DNA of 31,760 nucleotides from Bacteroidales bacterium (GTDB lineage Bacteria; Bacteroidota; Bacteroidia; Bacteroidales; CG2-30-32-10): NCBI GenBank assembly GCA_035421345.1, contig DAOLWT010000001.1, positions 1 to 31,760 of the forward strand, read 5' to 3'. Shown piece by piece: positions 26,057 to 31,760 of this stretch (position 1 is its first letter; each line of letters starts with the position of its first letter). The notes under the pieces were generated by a model. It saw only the letters and a program-made list of their open reading frames with translations, ran no database searches and was not told where the DNA came from. The position numbers and the translations under genes were made by a program.

Positions 26057-27511
26057 TTATTGTACTTGTTTTATTGCCCAATTTAAAGCGTCTTGGAGCA
26101 TTTCTTGTTTAGGCGCTGGTATAAATCCGTTATCTGTTAAATTTTTGGTTAAACTACGAGCATAATCTATGTCGGTTTTTGCTTTTTTGTATGCTTCTTC
26201 CTTCGTCATAGTTACTCTAGCTACTCCATCTTTTATGGCCTGCATTGCTACATCGGCAGCTTCTTCGGGGAATACCCCTGCTTCTTCCATATTTGGAACA
26301 ATATTATCGGGATGAATTCCTCTTTTTTCAGCATAGTTTGCTAATGAATGAGCTGCAGCAATAGCCATATTATCGGTAATTTTTTTGGCTCTTACCATTA
26401 AAGCCCCCTTTAAAATTCCGGGGAATCCAATAGAATTATTCACCTGATTTGGGAAATCGCCTCTACCGGTTGCTACAATGTAGGCACCTTCTTCTTTAGC
26501 CGCATAAGGGTATATTTCGGGTACCGGATTTGCACAAACAAAAACAATCGATTTGGGAGCCATTGCCCGAACCCATTCTCTTTTAATGGTATCAGGACCC
26601 GGAGTCGACAATGATATTAATACATCAGCCCCTTTCATGGCTTCTTCCATGGTTTGAATTTTATTGGGATTGGTTTTTTCGCAAAGTTCCCATTTACGAT
26701 AGAAACGTTTATCGGCCTGAATATCTTTTCGGTCGGAATTTAAAGATCCTTTGGTATCGAACATCACCATTTTTTTAGGATCTGCGCCATCGGCTATTAA
26801 CAAACGTGCAATGGTTGTATTAGAAGCACCTGCACCAAACAAAACAATTTTTACTTCCGATGTTTTTTTACCCGCTAGTTTAATTGCATTAATAAAACCG
26901 GCAAGGGTTACGCAAGCAGTTCCTTGAGCATCATCGTGCCATACGGGTATTTCACATTCTTCTCTTAATACATCTAATACTTTAAAACAATTGGGTTGAG
27001 AAATATCTTCCAGATTTACTGCACCAAAACTATGCTGACACATTTTAACAAACTGAATAATTTTGTCGGGGTCATTTTCGCCTTTTTCGTTTTTGCTGTC
27101 AACACATAATGCTACCGCATCAACGCCTCCTAAATATTTCATTAAAAACGCTTTTCCTTCCATAACGCCTAATCCTCCGGAGGGAGTGCAATCGCCATCC
27201 CCCAGTACTCGGGTTGAATCGCTCACTACAGCTACAAGATTTCCTCTGTTTGAAAGCTCGTACGAGCTAACATTATTATCGCGAATATTAGTAGATACTT
27301 TAGAAACGCCAGGAGTATACCAAACATTAAACCAGTTAAAACCGGGCACAGGAGCTTTGGGTACAACCTGTACTTTTCCTCCATAAAATTTATGTGCTTC
27401 TTCTGATAATTTCTTTAGAAAAGCTGTTTTTGCTTTTGCAATTTGTTCTTGTGAAAAATTGTCAGGGAACGCTTTATCGAGGTTTTCCAGGTTTAAATGT
27501 ATGGGTTCCAT
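26057..27511 (-). CDS. NAD(P)-dependent malic enzyme, short form without PTA domain
   Basis: YTPGV, VSDSTRVLGDG, VMEGKA.L, NLEDI, HDDAQGTA, GAGAS, ANPVPEI and ATGRGDFPNQVNN; 484 aa. Confidence 0.93.
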   Translation of the reverse strand: MEPIHLNLENLDKAFPDNFSQEQIAKAKTAFLKKLSEEAHKFYGGKVQVVPKAPVPGFNWFNVWYTPGVSKVSTNIRDNNVSSYELSNRGNLVAVVSDSTRVLGDGDCTPSGGLGVMEGKAFLMKYLGGVDAVALCVDSKNEKGENDPDKIIQFVKMCQHSFGAVNLEDISQPNCFKVLDVLREECEIPVWHDDAQGTACVTLAGFINAIKLAGKKTSEVKIVLFGAGASNTTIARLLIADGADPKKMVMFDTKGSLNSDRKDIQADKRFYRKWELCEKTNPNKIQTMEEAMKGADVLISLSTPGPDTIKREWVRAMAPKSIVFVCANPVPEIYPYAAKEEGAYIVATGRGDFPNQVNNSIGFPGILKGALMVRAKKITDNMAIAAAHSLANYAEKRGIHPDNIVPNMEEAGVFPEEAADVAMQAIKDGVARVTMTKEEAYKKAKTDIDYARSLTKNLTDNGFIPAPKQEMLQDALNWAIKQVQ

Positions 27512-27595
27512 AAATATTTGTTTTTTAAAATTAATAAGGGTAATCCTATTTAAAAAGCTGACAAAATTATAAAATATATTGTTTAAATCTAATGT

Positions 27596-28825
27596 TTACT
27601 TATTTGCATAAATATCAATAATTTTTAAAACCAGCTGTACTGCTTTTTCCATACTTTCTACCGATACATATTCCATTTTCCCATGGAAGTTATGTCCGCC
27701 GGCAAATAAGTTCGGACAGGGTAATCCCATAAAAGAAAGACGAGCCCCATCGGTACCTCCGCGAATAGGAACAATTTTAGGAACAATTCCTAATTCTTCC
27801 ATCGCTTTTTGCGCATTTTCAACTACATGGAATGTTTTTTCTACCTGTTCACGCATATTATAATACTGATCTTTCATTTCTAATACGACTGTATTTTCGC
27901 GATATTTTTTATTCATGTAATCAACTGTTTGTTGAATAAAGACTTTTTTCGCTTCAAATTTTTTACGGTCGTGATCACGAATAATGTATTGAATACTTGC
28001 ATTTTCAACAGCACCTTCCATTTTAATAAGATGGTAAAAGCCTTCATAATCTTGTGTAAATTCGGGGCGTTCGTTAACTGGAAGCATCCCGTTAAACTCC
28101 ATTGCCAGAATTAGCGCATTAATCATTTTATTTTTGGCATATCCCGGATGAATATTTTGTCCGTTAAATATTACTTTAGCATGAGCCGCATTAAAATTCT
28201 CATATTCCAACTCGCCTATTCCTCCACCATCTAGCGTATATGCAAATGCCGCATCGAATTTTTTTACATCGAATTTATCTACGCCACGGCCAATTTCTTC
28301 ATCGGGAGTAAAGCCAACTCTAATATCGCCATGTTTTATTTCGGGATGATTAACTAGATATTGAATGGCGGTCATTATTTCTGCCACACCTGCTTTATCG
28401 TCGGCTCCTAACAAGGTATTACCATCGGTTGTAATTAATGTTTGTCCTTTGTATTCGGCTAATTCAGGGAATTCGCTGACAGCAAGAATAATGTTTTTTT
28501 CTTTATTCAGCACAATATCTTTCCCATCGTAATTCTGTATAATTTGCGGATTGATATTGGCTCCCGACATATCGGGACAGGTATCCATGTGAGCAATAAA
28601 CCCGATAGTGGGAATTTTTTTGGTGGTATTTGCCGGGAGTGTTGCCATTAAATAACAATGTTCATCGAGCGAAATATCTTTTAAGCCCATTTCTTGCAAT
28701 TCTTTTTGCAACACTTTTGCCAAATCGAATTGTTTTTTAGTACTTGGATATGTATCTGAAGTATCATCAGACTGTGTATCGATTTTTATGTATTTCAAAA
28801 ATCTTTCAAAAACTTCTTTTTTCAT
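27596..28825 (-). CDS. pepT: Peptidase T (tripeptide aminopeptidase, M20B)
   Basis: [45 protein letters not shown] and PIRGGTDG. Confidence 0.97.
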   Translation of the reverse strand: MKKEVFERFLKYIKIDTQSDDTSDTYPSTKKQFDLAKVLQKELQEMGLKDISLDEHCYLMATLPANTTKKIPTIGFIAHMDTCPDMSGANINPQIIQNYDGKDIVLNKEKNIILAVSEFPELAEYKGQTLITTDGNTLLGADDKAGVAEIMTAIQYLVNHPEIKHGDIRVGFTPDEEIGRGVDKFDVKKFDAAFAYTLDGGGIGELEYENFNAAHAKVIFNGQNIHPGYAKNKMINALILAMEFNGMLPVNERPEFTQDYEGFYHLIKMEGAVENASIQYIIRDHDRKKFEAKKVFIQQTVDYMNKKYRENTVVLEMKDQYYNMREQVEKTFHVVENAQKAMEELGIVPKIVPIRGGTDGARLSFMGLPCPNLFAGGHNFHGKMEYVSVESMEKAVQLVLKIIDIYANK

Positions 28826-28847
28826 AATTATTAATATTTAAATTTTT

Positions 28848-28885
28848 ACCACAGAGGAAACAGAGTACTCACAAAGAGCACAGAG
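28848..28885 (+). repeat. Array of four (C/A)ACAGAG-like units at the 3' flank of the GxxExxY gene
   Basis: ACCACAGAG-GA-AACAGAG-TACT-CACAAAGAG-CACAGAG. Confidence 0.75.
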
Positions 28886-28886
28886 T

Positions 28887-29264
28887 TTAATATCCATGGA
28901 TTAATCGTTTAATACCATCTTTTAATTTAAGTACATTAAAATTTATTAGTAAACCAATTCTGCATTTAGATAATTTCAAATATGTTAAAACTTGAGCCAT
29001 ATGAATATTATTTATTGCATCAACTGATTTTATTTCAATAACCACGTTATTTTCAACAAGTAAGTCCATTCTATAACCACAATCCATTTTTATTTCTTCG
29101 TAAATTAATGGAAGTGGTTTTTCCTTTTCTACAAATAATCCTGATTTAGTAAGTTCATAAAATAAACATTCTTTATAAGCAGATTCAAGTAAACCAGGAC
29201 CAAGATTACTATGAACTTTAATTGCACATCCAATAATTTTTTCAGTTATTTCATTTTCTTTCAT
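28887..29264 (-). CDS. GxxExxY protein (PD-(D/E)XK nuclease-like)
   Basis: IIGCAIKVH..LGPGLLESAYKECL, YRMDLLVEN.VVIEIKS and AQVLTYLK....GLLINF. Confidence 0.95.
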   Translation of the reverse strand: MKENEITEKIIGCAIKVHSNLGPGLLESAYKECLFYELTKSGLFVEKEKPLPLIYEEIKMDCGYRMDLLVENNVVIEIKSVDAINNIHMAQVLTYLKLSKCRIGLLINFNVLKLKDGIKRLIHGY

Positions 29265-29268
29265 TTTT

Positions 29269-29306
29269 CTCTGTTATCTCTGTGCCTGCTCCGTGAACAC
29301 TGTGGT
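29269..29306 (-). repeat. Inverted array of four CACAGAG-like units at the 5' flank of the GxxExxY gene
   Basis: Minus strand reads ACCACAGTG-TT-CACGGAG-CAGG-CACAGAG-AT-AACAGAG. Confidence 0.75.
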
Positions 29307-29316
29307 TATTTTGTTA

Positions 29317-31329
29317 CTAATCCTCTTCTTTTGCTCGGAAAGATTCCCATACAAAGTATGCAATTAGTGCAATAAACGCAACTAAAGCAGTAACTTGTGC
29401 TCCAACCCCATTTTCGTCGCTCCAAACATTTAGATTCATGGCTTCCCCATCACCCGTAAAGAAAATAATGAATGCGCCAATTACGCCAAACAATGCGGCT
29501 CCTGCAATAAATCCGGATGATATAAGAATTCCTCGTTGAACACGCGCGTTAGAAAGCTTTTCGCTTTTCGTGCTTTTTGAAAACCAATGATTCAGTAATC
29601 CACCAACTACAAGCGGTGTATTAAGCGGAAGTGGAATAAACATACCCAATGCAAAAGCAAGGGGTGATATTTTTAACCAGTTTATTAAAATAGAAATAAC
29701 TGCTCCAATCCCTAATAAAACCCAACTTACGCCTGTTCCCGACATTAATGGTTCAATAATAGCAGCCATTGCGTTTGCTTGTGGGGCTGTCATAGGTTGT
29801 GGATGTTCCGGTGTTTGAACAAAACCATAGGCTTGATTTAAAATAAATATAACAATACCTACTGTTGCAGCCGAAACCAAGGTTCCTAAAAATTTAAATG
29901 ATTGTTGTTTTTTGGGTGTTGTTCCTAGCCAATAACCTACTTTTAAATCGGTAATAAAGCCGCCTGCCATTGATAAAGCAGTACAAACAATTCCTCCAAT
30001 GATTAATGAGCTTACCATGCCCTGCCATCCTTTTAATCCAATAGAAACCAGCACAACAGAAGAAAGAATCAAGGTCATTAAGGTCATTCCCGAAACAGGG
30101 TTTGAACCTACAATTGCAATTGCATTTGCAGCAACAGTGGTAAATAAAAATGAAATAATTAATACTGTTAATAAGGCAACGATTGCTTGAATCATCGTAA
30201 TTTTAACACCAAAAATTAAAAAGACGAAAACCGCTATTAGGGTTAAACCTATTAATAACATAACGAACGACATTTTTAAATCTTTTTGTGTTCTTTCAAC
30301 ATTCGCTTCCGCATGTGTTTTTGTTCCCATACCAAAAGCAAGTTTAAAAGCACTTCCTATTACACCCGATGATTTTATAATTCCTATAATACCGGCCATT
30401 GCAATAGCACCAATACCAATTGGACGAACATAGGCTTTAAAAATGGCTTCTGCCGACATGGCTTCAAACGGATTTACGCCTCCGCCCAATGTTGCTACAA
30501 GATTTCCTATTTCGTTAACCAATGGTATTAAAACAAGCCATGATAATAGCGAACCAACCGTTATTATGAGTGCATAACGGAGTCCTACCAAATAACCAAA
30601 ACTAAAAATTAAGGCACTAACATTAAATTTAAGAACCATTTTAACTTTGGTGGCAAGTGTTTCTCCAATAGGAATAATGCGTGTTGTAATTTCTTCGCTC
30701 CAAAGTTTAAAAGCAGAAAAACAAAAATCGAAAAGTCCACCAATGATACCACTTACAATAAGTAATTTTGCCTGACTACCTCCTTTTTCACCGGTCATAA
30801 GTATTTCGGTGGTGGCAGTAGCTTCCGGAAAAGGAAGTTTTCCATGCATATCTTTTACAAAATACTTGCGGAAAGGAATTAAGAATAATATACCTAAAAA
30901 TCCTCCCAGCAACGAAGAGAAAAATATTTGCCAAAAATCTACTTGAATTTCGGGATATTTTGCTTGTAGAATATATAAACCGGGAATGGTAAAAACCGCT
31001 CCGGCAACAATAACCCCCGAACAAGCACCAATAGATTGGATAATTACATTTTGACCCAATGCATTTTTTTTACGCATGGCAGCAGAAGCTCCTACAGCAA
31101 TAATAGAAATAGGAATAGCGGCTTCGAATACTTGTCCAATTTTTAACCCTGAATAGGCCGCAGCGGCCGAAAAAATAACAGCCATTAATAAGCCCATAAC
31201 AACCGACCAAGTTGTAATTTCGGGGAACAAACCGGAAGCAGGCATTACTGGTTTGTATTCTTCGCCCTCTTTTAATTCGCGGTATGCGTTTTCGGGCAAA
31301 CTTTTAGTTTCGGAAATATGTTCAGACAT
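29317..31329 (-). CDS. OPT-family oligopeptide transporter
   Basis: YSGLKIG, ENV-type IIQSIG, LPFPEATAT, ITDLKVGYWLG.TP, APQANAM and multiple transmembrane segments. Confidence 0.93.
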   Translation of the reverse strand: MSEHISETKSLPENAYRELKEGEEYKPVMPASGLFPEITTWSVVMGLLMAVIFSAAAAYSGLKIGQVFEAAIPISIIAVGASAAMRKKNALGQNVIIQSIGACSGVIVAGAVFTIPGLYILQAKYPEIQVDFWQIFFSSLLGGFLGILFLIPFRKYFVKDMHGKLPFPEATATTEILMTGEKGGSQAKLLIVSGIIGGLFDFCFSAFKLWSEEITTRIIPIGETLATKVKMVLKFNVSALIFSFGYLVGLRYALIITVGSLLSWLVLIPLVNEIGNLVATLGGGVNPFEAMSAEAIFKAYVRPIGIGAIAMAGIIGIIKSSGVIGSAFKLAFGMGTKTHAEANVERTQKDLKMSFVMLLIGLTLIAVFVFLIFGVKITMIQAIVALLTVLIISFLFTTVAANAIAIVGSNPVSGMTLMTLILSSVVLVSIGLKGWQGMVSSLIIGGIVCTALSMAGGFITDLKVGYWLGTTPKKQQSFKFLGTLVSAATVGIVIFILNQAYGFVQTPEHPQPMTAPQANAMAAIIEPLMSGTGVSWVLLGIGAVISILINWLKISPLAFALGMFIPLPLNTPLVVGGLLNHWFSKSTKSEKLSNARVQRGILISSGFIAGAALFGVIGAFIIFFTGDGEAMNLNVWSDENGVGAQVTALVAFIALIAYFVWESFRAKEED

Positions 31330-31463
31330 AGTTTAATTTTTTTAGAGGTCTAAACTATAAAAAAAAAATGAAATAGAGAGATATAAGGAGCGTTAATTTG
31401 CATTTTTTTTATTATTAAATAAATTTTTACTGAAATAAATTTTTTAAAAAAGTATAAAACAGA

Positions 31464-31495
31464 TTATACCGATGACATATATGCTTTCGGTATAA
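31464..31495. repeat. 32-bp palindrome related to the 118-bp element
   Basis: TTATACCGA-TGACATATATGCTT-TCGGTATAA. It shares ATACCGATGACA with the second hairpin of the 118-bp element, and a 17-bp half copy lies at 8017-8033. Confidence 0.6.
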
Positions 31496-31656
31496 GTATC
31501 TAACTTAACAGAATAGTAAAGCCGAAAAATCAAATTTCTAAAAATTTATGCAAAAATATTGTATTCTAATCAATGAATTATCGGCGAGTTAGGAATTACT
31601 TAGATAGATTGTAAATTTACTCTCGGTCAGAATTCGAAACGCAACGCTTTTCTTAT

Positions 31657-31712
31657 TAACTTTTTGCTTGATCAAAAAGTTACAAATCCCGATGGCTATC
31701 GGGACAAGGCTG
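31657..31712 (+). repeat. Hairpin element with CTTGAT loop carrying an inserted 18-bp TCCCGA..TCGGGA palindrome (31687-31704)
   Basis: TAACTTTTTG-CTTGAT-CAAAAAGTTA-CAAA[TCCCGATGGCTATCGGGA]CAAGGCTG. Confidence 0.6.
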
Positions 31713-31760
31713 TCAGAAAATTTCTTCAAAACTACGGTTCTGTTTTTTTCCCGAAACCGA

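Noticed and set aside
587-31024. Short opposite-strand or alternate-frame ORFs (e.g. 587-781, 1195-1386, 5081-5308, 9581-9895, 20805-21053, 22254-22580, 27063-27386, 30788-31024)
   Set aside because: All lie inside well-supported genes and show no recognisable motifs. The Pro/Ala-rich 1195-1386 ORF is just the antisense of the glycine zipper.

Overview
AT-rich window from a Bacteroidota genome; lineage inferred from the T9SS translocon sprA, TAnnTTTG promoters and a Bacteroidota-type Rhs core. About 1-10,500 is an accessory region. It holds the 3' end of a large Rhs gene and three orphan Rhs core/toxin-tip cassettes, each with its own downstream immunity candidate. The four tips are a glycine-zipper membrane type, a possible ADP-ribosyltransferase-like fold and two zinc-metallopeptidase types. 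These are followed by a REP-associated tyrosine transposase (RAYT) and a DUF1016/YhcG nuclease gene. The region is dense in small palindromic elements: RAYT-type REPs at every cassette boundary, nested CCTGCC palindromes, an in-frame 18-bp palindrome inside the Rhs core, an IS110 remnant, and a 118-bp double-hairpin element that interrupts both the main Rhs gene and the RAYT gene. About 10,500-31,760 is mostly housekeeping: Na/Pi cotransporter, lipoprotein, LuxE-like acyl transferase, an apparently intact archaeal-type gatE-gatD pair, VanZ, gcvH, sprA, ruvA, a short Entamoeba-like malic enzyme, pepT, a repeat-flanked GxxExxY gene and an OPT transporter. No rRNA, tRNA or CRISPR array was recognised. 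All family calls come from motif recognition by eye; no database searches were run.
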